A stretch of DNA of 64,000 nucleotides from Nitrospirota bacterium (lineage in GTDB: Bacteria; Nitrospirota; Nitrospiria; Nitrospirales; NS-4), in the NCBI GenBank assembly GCA_963788195.1, contig CAWBGA010000002.1:1-64000 (forward strand). The letters run 5' to 3'. Below are positions 41,462-49,690 of the stretch, piece after piece (the stretch's first letter is position 1; each line of letters starts with the position of its first letter). The notes under the pieces are model-generated. The model had not been told where the DNA came from. It saw nothing but the letters and a program-made list of their open reading frames with translations, and searched no databases. The position numbers and the translations under genes are program-made.

Positions 41462-42751
41462 ATGCCGGAAGTCTATAACTGGCAGTTAGGCCGCAAGATG
41501 CTCTATCCCTATGAGGAGCGGCATCCGAAGTGGCAGTTTTCGTTTGCGTTCAACATCAATCGGTGTATTGCGTGTCAGACCTGTTCGATGGCGGACAAGT
41601 CGACGTGGCTGTTCTCGAAAGGACAGGAGTACATGTGGTGGAACAATGTGGAGACCAAGCCGTACGGCGGGTACCCGCAGTTCTACGACGTGAAGGTGGC
41701 CCAATTGGTGGAGCAGGTGAACCCGGGCGGGCAGGTGTGGAACACCCGGGTGGGGCGCAAGCACCATGCGCCCTACGGGGTGTTCGAGGGGTTCACGATC
41801 TTTGATGCGGGCGCCAAGATTGGGCAGGCGGCGATCGGGTATATCCCGACGGACCAGGAATGGCGCTTTGTGAACATCTACGAGGACACGGCGACGTCGA
41901 TGCGGGCCCTGGTGGATGGGAACGACAAGTCGGGGTTTTCGGCGGCGGAGCCCTGGAAGAGCCAAGGGGCGAGCCTGCCGGAGCACGAGACGTTCTTCTT
42001 CTATCTGCAGCGGATCTGCAATCACTGCACGTATCCGGGGTGTCTGGCGGCGTGTCCGCGCAAGGCGATCTACAAGCGCCCGGAGGACGGGATTGTGCTG
42101 ATCGACCAGAACCGGTGCCGGGGCTATAAGAAGTGCGTGGAGCAGTGTCCGTACAAGAAGCCGATGTACCGGGGGACGACGCGGGTCAGTGAGAAGTGTA
42201 TTGCGTGCTACCCGCGGGTGGAGGGCAAGGATCCGCTGACGGGCGGGGAGCCGATGGAGACGCGGTGCATGGCGGCGTGCGTGGGCAAGATCCGCATGCA
42301 GGGGCTCAACAAGATCGGGGATGATGGGTTGTGGGCGGAGGATCGGTGGCATCCCTTGTACTACGCGATTCGCGTGGAGCAGGTGGCGCTGCCGCTGTAT
42401 CCGCAGTGGGGGACGGAGCCCAACGGGTTCTACTTCCCGCCGCGCCATGCCCCGCGGGGGTACATCCGGCAGATGTTTGGGCCGGGGGTGGACAACGCGA
42501 TCGACCGGTACATTGTGCCGAGCCGCGAGCTGCTGGCGGTGCTGCAGCTGTGGCGGGCGAGCCAGCAGATCTTGTTCCGGTACGACGTGATTCCGGGGCC
42601 GAAGGTGTTTGAGACCCAGATTCACGGGCGCAAGTTTGAGATGTACAACGACACGGTGCTCGGGTTCAACAAGTCGGGCAAGGAGATCGTGCGCATCCAG
42701 GTGGAAGAGCCGATCTACATTCGCCCGGCCGAGCGCGTGACCTGGCTGTAA
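41462..42751 (+). CDS. nxrB: Nitrite oxidoreductase beta subunit, copy 2
   Basis: Translation matches copy 1 apart from the terminal ITWL/VTWL. Confidence 0.98.
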   Translation: MPEVYNWQLGRKMLYPYEERHPKWQFSFAFNINRCIACQTCSMADKSTWLFSKGQEYMWWNNVETKPYGGYPQFYDVKVAQLVEQVNPGGQVWNTRVGRKHHAPYGVFEGFTIFDAGAKIGQAAIGYIPTDQEWRFVNIYEDTATSMRALVDGNDKSGFSAAEPWKSQGASLPEHETFFFYLQRICNHCTYPGCLAACPRKAIYKRPEDGIVLIDQNRCRGYKKCVEQCPYKKPMYRGTTRVSEKCIACYPRVEGKDPLTGGEPMETRCMAACVGKIRMQGLNKIGDDGLWAEDRWHPLYYAIRVEQVALPLYPQWGTEPNGFYFPPRHAPRGYIRQMFGPGVDNAIDRYIVPSRELLAVLQLWRASQQILFRYDVIPGPKVFETQIHGRKFEMYNDTVLGFNKSGKEIVRIQVEEPIYIRPAERVTWL

Positions 42752-42759
42752 GCGCAGGG

Positions 42760-42806
42760 GGGACGGTCCCTCTTTTTCGTCCAAGAAAAAGGGGACTGTC
42801 CCTTTT
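42760..42806 (+). terminator. Palindromic terminator/REP-like element after nxrB2
   Basis: GGGACGGTCCC-TCTTTTTC..GAAAAAGG-GGACTGTCCC followed by TTTT. Confidence 0.7.
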
Positions 42807-42969
42807 CGTTCAGAATGACGGTATAGCCGAGCGCTACCAGAAGTTCAGGGCTGCTGCGCGAGTTAGCAAGAGCCGGTAGCTAACCGGGTGTCAGATACGG
42901 GGGCGAGGTTCTCGTAAGAGAATCCCGCCCTTCGTGTGTCTATGGAATGCTGGCGTGGAGGACTTCAAC

Positions 42970-44214
42970 ATGAGCCCCATATCGCGGAGACAATTTCTCC
43001 AAGTCTCGGCCATAACCGGAGCCGCATTCGCCTTCGGAAACCTGGCTGGTCAGGTGCCGGGGCTCCCGCTGTCAATGCGGTCAGCCTACGCGGCTGACCC
43101 GATTAAGGTAGGCATCATTGATCCTCTGTCCAGCCCCTACAAGACCTCCTCGATCCATGATGTCCACGGCGCCACGGTGGCGATGGAGATGTTCAATAAA
43201 CGCGGGGGGGTTCTCGGCCGTCAAATCACTATCATCGAGGCCGACGACGCCTCCAACGTGCAGACCGCGATCAAAGCGGCGAACAAACTGATCAAAGAAG
43301 ACCGTGTGGACTTTTTGATGGGGACCTTCAACGGCGACGTGGCCCTCGCGGTGGCCGAGGTGGCAAAGCAAGAAAACAAATTATTTATGGCTACCTGCCC
43401 TCACATCATGGAGCTCACTGGATCACGATGTAACTCACACACATTTGCGTTTATGCCTAACGCGCGCATGATGTCAGAGGCCGTGACCCCGCATGTCATC
43501 AAGGCCTACGGGAACCGGTGGTGGATGGTTACCGCCGATACAGTAGACGGCAAATCAGCCCTTCAGGCCATGACCGAGGCCCTCAAAGCACAAGGCGGCG
43601 AGGTGGTAGGTGCGACCACAACGCCCTTCGGGACGACCGACTTCACTACGGCTCTCACCGAAGCAAAGGCAGCCAAGCCCACCGTCATCATCCTAAATCT
43701 TTATGGCTGGGACTTGGTGAACGCGCTGAAGGGATACGCGAAGCTGGATATCGCCAAGGAAAAGGTTGGCGTCGCAGGAATGATCGGAGGCGAACAGATC
43801 GGCCGCCCGTTGGGATATGCCAGCAACGCCGGTGTCTGGGGCCTTATCTGGGACCCGAAGATCAATACTGAGAGCTCGAAGCGGTTCATACAGGGGGTGA
43901 TCGATAAGTACAACCACACCCCGACTTCGCGCTGCTATCTCGGCTACGCCGCTATGATCCAGATCCTGGAGGCGGTGCGCCGTGCCGGAACGACCGAAAC
44001 CGGGGCGGTCATCAAAGCTCTGGAGGGGCATGAGTTCGACGGGTGCAAGGAAGGGCGGTCCTTCTTTCGTGCCTGGGACCATCAGCATGTACAGGACATA
44101 CTAGTCGGGCAGGCCTACGGGAAGGAACTCGGGCTGGGGCATTATCAGATCATGGCTACTGTGCCGGGGGACGCAGTGAGTGGAAGCCGCGACCAAAGCG
44201 TTTGCAAGCTGTGA
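42970..44214 (+). CDS. Tat-exported ABC substrate-binding protein (LivJ/LivK-like type I fold), with no permease nearby
   Basis: SRRQFL Tat motif; PIKVGII.PLS, N..GGVLGR.I.IIEADD.S, GTTDF. Confidence 0.88.
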   Translation: MSPISRRQFLQVSAITGAAFAFGNLAGQVPGLPLSMRSAYAADPIKVGIIDPLSSPYKTSSIHDVHGATVAMEMFNKRGGVLGRQITIIEADDASNVQTAIKAANKLIKEDRVDFLMGTFNGDVALAVAEVAKQENKLFMATCPHIMELTGSRCNSHTFAFMPNARMMSEAVTPHVIKAYGNRWWMVTADTVDGKSALQAMTEALKAQGGEVVGATTTPFGTTDFTTALTEAKAAKPTVIILNLYGWDLVNALKGYAKLDIAKEKVGVAGMIGGEQIGRPLGYASNAGVWGLIWDPKINTESSKRFIQGVIDKYNHTPTSRCYLGYAAMIQILEAVRRAGTTETGAVIKALEGHEFDGCKEGRSFFRAWDHQHVQDILVGQAYGKELGLGHYQIMATVPGDAVSGSRDQSVCKL

Positions 44215-44326
44215 CGGAGCTACGGCGATCCCAAAATTGCAGGGACCAGGTAAAGCACTATTGATGGAGGGGTTCCCTCGACGTCTTGCGCGAGGGTGTC
44301 TCTCTTAGTCCACAGGAGGACTCAAA

Positions 44327-44743
44327 ATGAACAGATATTCGGCAATGAGCGTTGCAGTATTGTTGGTCTTTGGCACAGCGACATTTATTTATGCAGCAGA
44401 CATCCCTAAGGATACTCCTAGCAAGGACGTGCTGGAAAAGAAAACAAAACAAAAGGACGACAGTCCTGCCGCCGGTCACGGTGATAGCCCCAAGGGCGTG
44501 GTAGAGACCTCGCCGCAGCAAGCAGTCAAGGGAGAGATAGTAAAAACTGAAGGCGACTTTTTCACCGTGAAGGATCCAAGCGGCAAAGAAGTTCGTATCC
44601 ATGTGGACAAGACCACTATGCTCGATAAAGCTTCAGGACTGGGAGAAACCTTAAAGGTCGGAGATCAAATCGAGGTTGAAATAACGCCTCAAGGCCATGC
44701 CAGGACCGTGAAGGCTGCTACGACAGGTTCGGGAAAGAAATAA
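44327..44743 (+). CDS. Small secreted protein (OB-fold-like)
   Basis: AGGAGG RBS, signal peptide, VKGEIVK..VKDPSGKEVRIHVDKTT..LKVGDQIEV. Confidence 0.7.
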   Translation: MNRYSAMSVAVLLVFGTATFIYAADIPKDTPSKDVLEKKTKQKDDSPAAGHGDSPKGVVETSPQQAVKGEIVKTEGDFFTVKDPSGKEVRIHVDKTTMLDKASGLGETLKVGDQIEVEITPQGHARTVKAATTGSGKK

Positions 44744-44902
44744 ACTCTTAAGAATTCCTCGGGCAGTTCCGGCTGCCCGAGGAAGCTCCCCTGAGAACGC
44801 TCCTCCGTAACGACAAAAGAGCGCACAGTGCACCGGCTTTGCAACAGGAGATAAGCCGGTCGGTACTGATCGGTTCAATGAACCAGCAGCTTAGGAGGAC
44901 GT

Positions 44903-45073
44903 ATGTCTCAAGGGGACAAGCTAAAGGAAGAATGCTTTAGGCTGTGGACACAGGGCAAGTCCGTTGCCGAGATCAAAAGCGCGACAACGGCAGAATATGA
45001 TTCGATCCTAGATTGGGTGCGCCAGTGGGAGCGTGGAGCCCAAGGAAAGTGGGAAGTTGTTATAAAGAGATAA
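44903..45073 (+). CDS. Small 56-aa protein homologous to the C-terminal domain of 46164..46901 (below the ORF-track cutoff)
   Basis: AGGAGG RBS; MSQGDKLKEECFRLWTQGKSVAEIKSATTAEYDSILDWVRQWERGAQGKWEVVIKR. Confidence 0.7.
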   Translation: MSQGDKLKEECFRLWTQGKSVAEIKSATTAEYDSILDWVRQWERGAQGKWEVVIKR

Positions 45074-45174
45074 ACGGTTTAAAACCCGTTCAGTACCAAG
45101 CCGGTCCTTTGCACTTTCTCTTCAAACCTGCCTTCGTATATAATTCGTAAAAACCCAACTAAACGAGCGAGTTA

Positions 45175-46122
45175 ATGGCCGAATCCCGTCCCCCAATTCC
45201 CGTCCGAACCCTAAAGAGCATGGCTACTATTGGCGCGGCAGTATTTCTTGGGGTCCTGATGCTGACAACTCCCGTCTTCCACGAGTTTGCTCATGCCGCA
45301 GAGACCATAAAGGATGAGGGCGGCCGCACGATCTACACCATTGACGACGATGGCAATGTCACGATGTTTGAGAACAGCCCCGGGATCGACATCACCCTGT
45401 CCGTCGCGCGCGGGACGAAGGAAGAGATGCAGCCCAAGATCACGGAAGTCAATCCTGAGTCCATTCCCGCGGCCTCATCGATGGTCCTGAGGGTAAAAGG
45501 CAAAAATCTTGTGGGAGCGACGGTGAAGTTTGATAAGCCGGGAATTGACATCAGTCCCTTCGCGACCAACAAACCCACCGCTCTTGAGATCCCGATACGG
45601 ATCGCTCCGAACGCCCAGCCCGGCGACGTGCAGATGGAGTTGACGACACCGATAGGGAAGACCACTGCGAACCTGAAAATCACAGAACTGCAGATCGGGA
45701 CTGGTACCACGCGCCGCGACGAAAAGACGACCATGAACGTACCCACTACGGCGCCTGCCGCTTGTCCCGACGGGATGGTGGGGATAAGCGCCGAATCAGG
45801 CGGGTTTTGCATTGATGCCGCCGAGACTTTCACAGGGGACTTTCGGAAGGCGGAGAAAGCCTGCAGCATTCAGGGTAAGCGGTTATGCCAGGCGATGGAA
45901 TGGCGGAATGCCTGCGAGCAGGGGACACGCAGCGGGGCGCCCATTCAAAAGATAATTGGCAACTGGGAGTGGACCGCTTCCTGGGAAGCGGCGAAGGCCG
46001 GGCCCAGCGATTTCAATGAATCCGCCCTAAGTTCCATCCTCATGGGCAACGCGGATTGTGAAGGTCGTATGAAAGTACCGCAGTGGAAATCAGATCCATT
46101 CCCAGGCCGGTGCTGCAAGTAA
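45175..46122 (+). CDS. Secreted family-A protein 5
   Basis: ETIKDEGGRTIY..MFENSPG..GKNLVGA..GGFCID..KRLC..WEWT..GRCCK. Confidence 0.8.
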   Translation: MAESRPPIPVRTLKSMATIGAAVFLGVLMLTTPVFHEFAHAAETIKDEGGRTIYTIDDDGNVTMFENSPGIDITLSVARGTKEEMQPKITEVNPESIPAASSMVLRVKGKNLVGATVKFDKPGIDISPFATNKPTALEIPIRIAPNAQPGDVQMELTTPIGKTTANLKITELQIGTGTTRRDEKTTMNVPTTAPAACPDGMVGISAESGGFCIDAAETFTGDFRKAEKACSIQGKRLCQAMEWRNACEQGTRSGAPIQKIIGNWEWTASWEAAKAGPSDFNESALSSILMGNADCEGRMKVPQWKSDPFPGRCCK

Positions 46123-46163
46123 GGATTGCCCTAAAATTTCGGTACGGTCGCGGGTAGCCGCGT

Positions 46164-46901
46164 CTATTCAAGACCCGGAATATAGGGCTGCCATTTCCGT
46201 TGAATGCCGCGCTCCCATTCTGTGACCCACTCCAAGGCCTGTGTTTGCGGGACTCCTAATGATTCGCCGATCCATCGTACGTCCTTGCCCGACATCCATT
46301 CTTCAAAACACTGCTTTTCTTCTGAAAGCTCTCGAGGCCTGCGAACCTTAGTGTCGCCAGTCTCTGCTATGGTCCATCCTAATTGAGGATCATCGCCAAA
46401 CTGGCAGGCAGTCAAGGCGGCGGTAAACGCAGGCTGATTACGAGGAAAAACCTGAAACCAGGACTTCGTGGCTGTCCGGTTTCCGATCGAGTCCCTGACA
46501 AATTCATCAAAGGTCGTTCGCTGTTCAGCAGCGATAAAGACGCTGAGGGGAAGACCTATAAGGAAGCCCTTCTCAAAGTTAAGGAGGCTCCTGCACGCTT
46601 CATTTGCCTCAGCAATCAAGCCGGTTAGAGACGTAATGATGTAGGCGTGAGGCGCCCTATCAAAAAACTGAAAATAGTGCTGCCGTTCGTCCTTGATTTG
46701 GTCGTGTTCATGAGCCGTGCGCTCCCTCTCGGCCGTGACATGCTCTTGGATAGTCATCGCTTCTTCTAAACTATCGGTGAGCTCCTGGATAGCCAACACG
46801 AGGAGTTCTTGATCCATACAACTCAGTCGCTTAAGCTTGGCGATCCTTTGTTGTCCGGCATCGATGTGATTCGAAAGAAGATCTGTCATGGCCTCCTCCA
46901 T
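46164..46901 (-). CDS. Coiled-coil/PAS-domain protein with a small Trp-rich HTH-like C-terminal domain
   Basis: YFQFFDRAPHAYIITSLTGLIAEANEA..LIGLPLSVFI PAS motif; C-terminal CF..W..GK..W..WERG.Q.KW. Confidence 0.75.
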   Translation of the reverse strand: MEEAMTDLLSNHIDAGQQRIAKLKRLSCMDQELLVLAIQELTDSLEEAMTIQEHVTAERERTAHEHDQIKDERQHYFQFFDRAPHAYIITSLTGLIAEANEACRSLLNFEKGFLIGLPLSVFIAAEQRTTFDEFVRDSIGNRTATKSWFQVFPRNQPAFTAALTACQFGDDPQLGWTIAETGDTKVRRPRELSEEKQCFEEWMSGKDVRWIGESLGVPQTQALEWVTEWERGIQRKWQPYIPGLE

Positions 46902-47055
46902 TCTCCCAGAAGCGGCACCGCGTAAGGGGATGAGGACACCCGAGGGTGGGCTTAATCAGGGGGCTTTAGTCGAAAAATTGTAATGCAATAGAATCAAAAT
47001 CGCAAGACCGCAGCATGAAAAACAATATCGACAGCGTCCGACGTATAATCCCAAG

Positions 47056-48258
47056 ATGGACCGGTTAGGCAGAGCGCATGGGCACCTCCGAGCGACGCTG
47101 GAGGGCCTCTTTCAGGCCGTCGCGGCACCCGGGCATGCCCCTCTCGCGGCGGCAATCTCAGAAAATTTGAAACATATCGCCCTGGAGACTTCCGATTTCT
47201 GGGCACCGGTGAGTCCTCTCTGCGAGGCCGATCTGCGTAAGGTGAAGTTCCGCTCTGCCACGTTGGCCGATGCCGTCGAGTGGGAAGTACTCAAATACCA
47301 GGCACGAGTCCGTCCGGACCTTGAAAAAACCTGGCCGCCGCTGTTTCGCGACAGGCATGTCCATATTGGCAGTCTGATCCATATGTGGCGGCAACTCACA
47401 AGGGAAACGGAAGACAGTTTGGCTTTAAAGGGAATCGAGACATTCTTTGACATTGGCCCGTGGGGCGGCTTCAATTTCGTCGTCAATGAGGAAGGCTATA
47501 CGAGAATGAAATTCGCGCGCTTGACCTTAGGCATCGGAAGCCTCCCATCTACGCCGTTGCATGAGGATGGTGGTCCGTTCTTCGACACATTTATGCCGCT
47601 CTACAAAAGTCGGCTCGCCCAGGAGGGGCTGATTGTGCCGGAGGAATGGCAGTACCGGAATCCTAAGCGTGATCCGTCAGGAGGCTTGGTCGAGTTGTCG
47701 CAGACGTATTATTTTCCTCACCATACCTATGACAACCGCACCTTTGTGAAGGTCCGTCTCTCACGCGAGTTTGAGACCTACGAGGAAATCATGGTGGCCG
47801 ATTTTCTTGAGCTCCTGACGCGGCTGTACCATACAACCGATTGGGCAGCCTACAAGCAAGAGACCAAAGACGTGGACGTGCGGTTCGACCTCCAGGACTT
47901 TGTGTCCCTGAACCATATTATGGAAGGCGTCTACCAGCGGACTGAGAAAGAGGAGGGGCTCATACAAGAGATTAAGGCAGCCTTTCGAGGGGCAATCCGG
48001 GAGCGTCCGGTGCTGTATGATTATCTCGATCAGGTGGTCGCCTCCAAGTGGATTGAAAATCTCGTATGGGGTGTGGCTCGTGCGGTTCTGGGGATTCGAA
48101 AGTTCGAGAGGCCTTTCAGTATGAGCCGCGATATCTTAACGTCGCCACTCCCACCGCAGTTGCTCGTGCGCGTCAAGCGTCATGTGCAGGCGTATCATGA
48201 CAGGATTGGGTCCCTGCGGCCGACCGCAGAGACGGGTAGTCGAGTGGATCAGGAGTAG
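47056..48258 (+). CDS. Hypothetical protein, distant family-C homolog
   Basis: GPWGGFNFVVNEEGYTRMKFARL and RFDLQDFV resemble GLWGGSWYFTDDRGYTRARFRRL and RFQLQDIV of 4048..5994. Confidence 0.7.
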   Translation: MDRLGRAHGHLRATLEGLFQAVAAPGHAPLAAAISENLKHIALETSDFWAPVSPLCEADLRKVKFRSATLADAVEWEVLKYQARVRPDLEKTWPPLFRDRHVHIGSLIHMWRQLTRETEDSLALKGIETFFDIGPWGGFNFVVNEEGYTRMKFARLTLGIGSLPSTPLHEDGGPFFDTFMPLYKSRLAQEGLIVPEEWQYRNPKRDPSGGLVELSQTYYFPHHTYDNRTFVKVRLSREFETYEEIMVADFLELLTRLYHTTDWAAYKQETKDVDVRFDLQDFVSLNHIMEGVYQRTEKEEGLIQEIKAAFRGAIRERPVLYDYLDQVVASKWIENLVWGVARAVLGIRKFERPFSMSRDILTSPLPPQLLVRVKRHVQAYHDRIGSLRPTAETGSRVDQE

Positions 48259-48264
48259 AGCCCG

Positions 48265-49587
48265 ATGGAGAAGGCCAATTACCTTGAGCCGGTAAGAGAA
48301 CAGTACGAAGCCTATCCGTATCCCCTTCGAAATCCGGAGGACGAGAGAGTACGGCTTGAAAATAGCTGGCACGATTTTCTCGAGGTGATCAACTTCTACT
48401 GCTTCAAGGGCAAGCAGAATTTCTCAGGGCCATTTCGCGTGCTTGTCGCCGGCGGCGGGACGGGTGATCAGACAATATTCCTGGCGGAGCAACTGCGGTA
48501 TAACCGCCACGCCGAAATCGTGCATCTGGACATCAGCGCGCGCAGCATAGCGATCGCCAGGCGCCGCGCTGAGGTCCGCAGGCTCACGAATATTAGCTGG
48601 CTTCAGCAGTCGGTTCTAGATCTTCCCACTCTTGCAGTAGGCCGGTTTGATTACATCAATTGCGCTGGGGTGCTGCATCACTTGGAAAGTCCGGCGGCGG
48701 GCCTCCGGGCGCTGCGTGCCGTGCTCAGTGATCAGGGCGCAATGATGATCATGCTGTATGGCAAGTACGGTCGCACGGGCGTCTATCAGGTGCAGGAGTT
48801 ACTGCGCATGATCAATGCAAATCAGGAGTTGCCTCAGGCCAAGCTTGATAATGCGAAGGCGGTGTTACAGTCCCTGCCGAAGAGCAATTGGTTTAAACGC
48901 GGAGAGGATTTGATCGGAGACCACAAGGAATTCGGCGACGCCGGCGTCTACGACGTGTTCTTACATGCGCAGGACCGTCCCTTTACGGTGGAGGAGATCT
49001 ATGATTTGGTGGAAACAGAGGGCCTTGAACTCATAGATCTGATCGAGCGTGGGCGATCGAAATATATGCCCGAGAGCTATATCCGCGACGACAGGCTTCT
49101 GTCACGGCTCGGCCAGTTTCCGAAGAAGAAACAGCAGGCTATCGCGGAATTGATTGCGGGCGATCTGATTGTGCACAACTGTTATGTCGCCCCGCAAAAA
49201 GACACGGTCGCGGCGCTCGAGGAATTGCGTAATGTCCCCTTCTATTTTTTATATGAACCGGAGAACATCGCCGACGCCATCGAAAAACGCCCCGGGCAGC
49301 AAATCAATGTCAAGGGACCGTTATTCGATGCGACCATTGAGTTTATGCCGGGCCCCTACACCAAGCAGATCTTCAGGCACCTTGACGGGGAGCGAAGCCT
49401 GAAGGAAATCTTCGAACTGATTCGAAAGGAGGCCCACCTTGATGATCAGCAGTTGCCGAATGCACGACTCTTAGAAGAATTCAGGCCGATCTACGAGGTC
49501 TTCAACAACGTGGGGTGGATGTTGTTGCGGCACAAGTCCGTTGGCAGATTTCGTCCGCTCGCGCAGATGCAGCGCCCTCCCGCCTAG
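48265..49587 (+). CDS. Class I SAM-dependent methyltransferase
   Basis: QYEAYPYP, VLVAGGGTG, LDIS, FDYINCAGVLHHL. Confidence 0.9.
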   Translation: MEKANYLEPVREQYEAYPYPLRNPEDERVRLENSWHDFLEVINFYCFKGKQNFSGPFRVLVAGGGTGDQTIFLAEQLRYNRHAEIVHLDISARSIAIARRRAEVRRLTNISWLQQSVLDLPTLAVGRFDYINCAGVLHHLESPAAGLRALRAVLSDQGAMMIMLYGKYGRTGVYQVQELLRMINANQELPQAKLDNAKAVLQSLPKSNWFKRGEDLIGDHKEFGDAGVYDVFLHAQDRPFTVEEIYDLVETEGLELIDLIERGRSKYMPESYIRDDRLLSRLGQFPKKKQQAIAELIAGDLIVHNCYVAPQKDTVAALEELRNVPFYFLYEPENIADAIEKRPGQQINVKGPLFDATIEFMPGPYTKQIFRHLDGERSLKEIFELIRKEAHLDDQQLPNARLLEEFRPIYEVFNNVGWMLLRHKSVGRFRPLAQMQRPPA

Positions 49588-49690
49588 CCAACGCCATTTT
49601 CAAAACGATAAAGTGTCCTTCAGCAAGGCCGCGCGGGTGCATAGACGCGCTAGTGGAGGCACTAGCGCGTCTGATGAGAATCCCTGCTCC

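Noticed and set aside
42810..42960. Riboswitch ahead of the ABC binding protein
   Set aside because: No known aptamer consensus recognised; the hairpin at 42900-42933 resembles the terminators at 23920 and 30463
62..46122. Diversity-generating retroelement acting on family A
   Set aside because: No reverse transcriptase and no TR/VR pair differing at adenines in the window; variation includes indels between old paralogs
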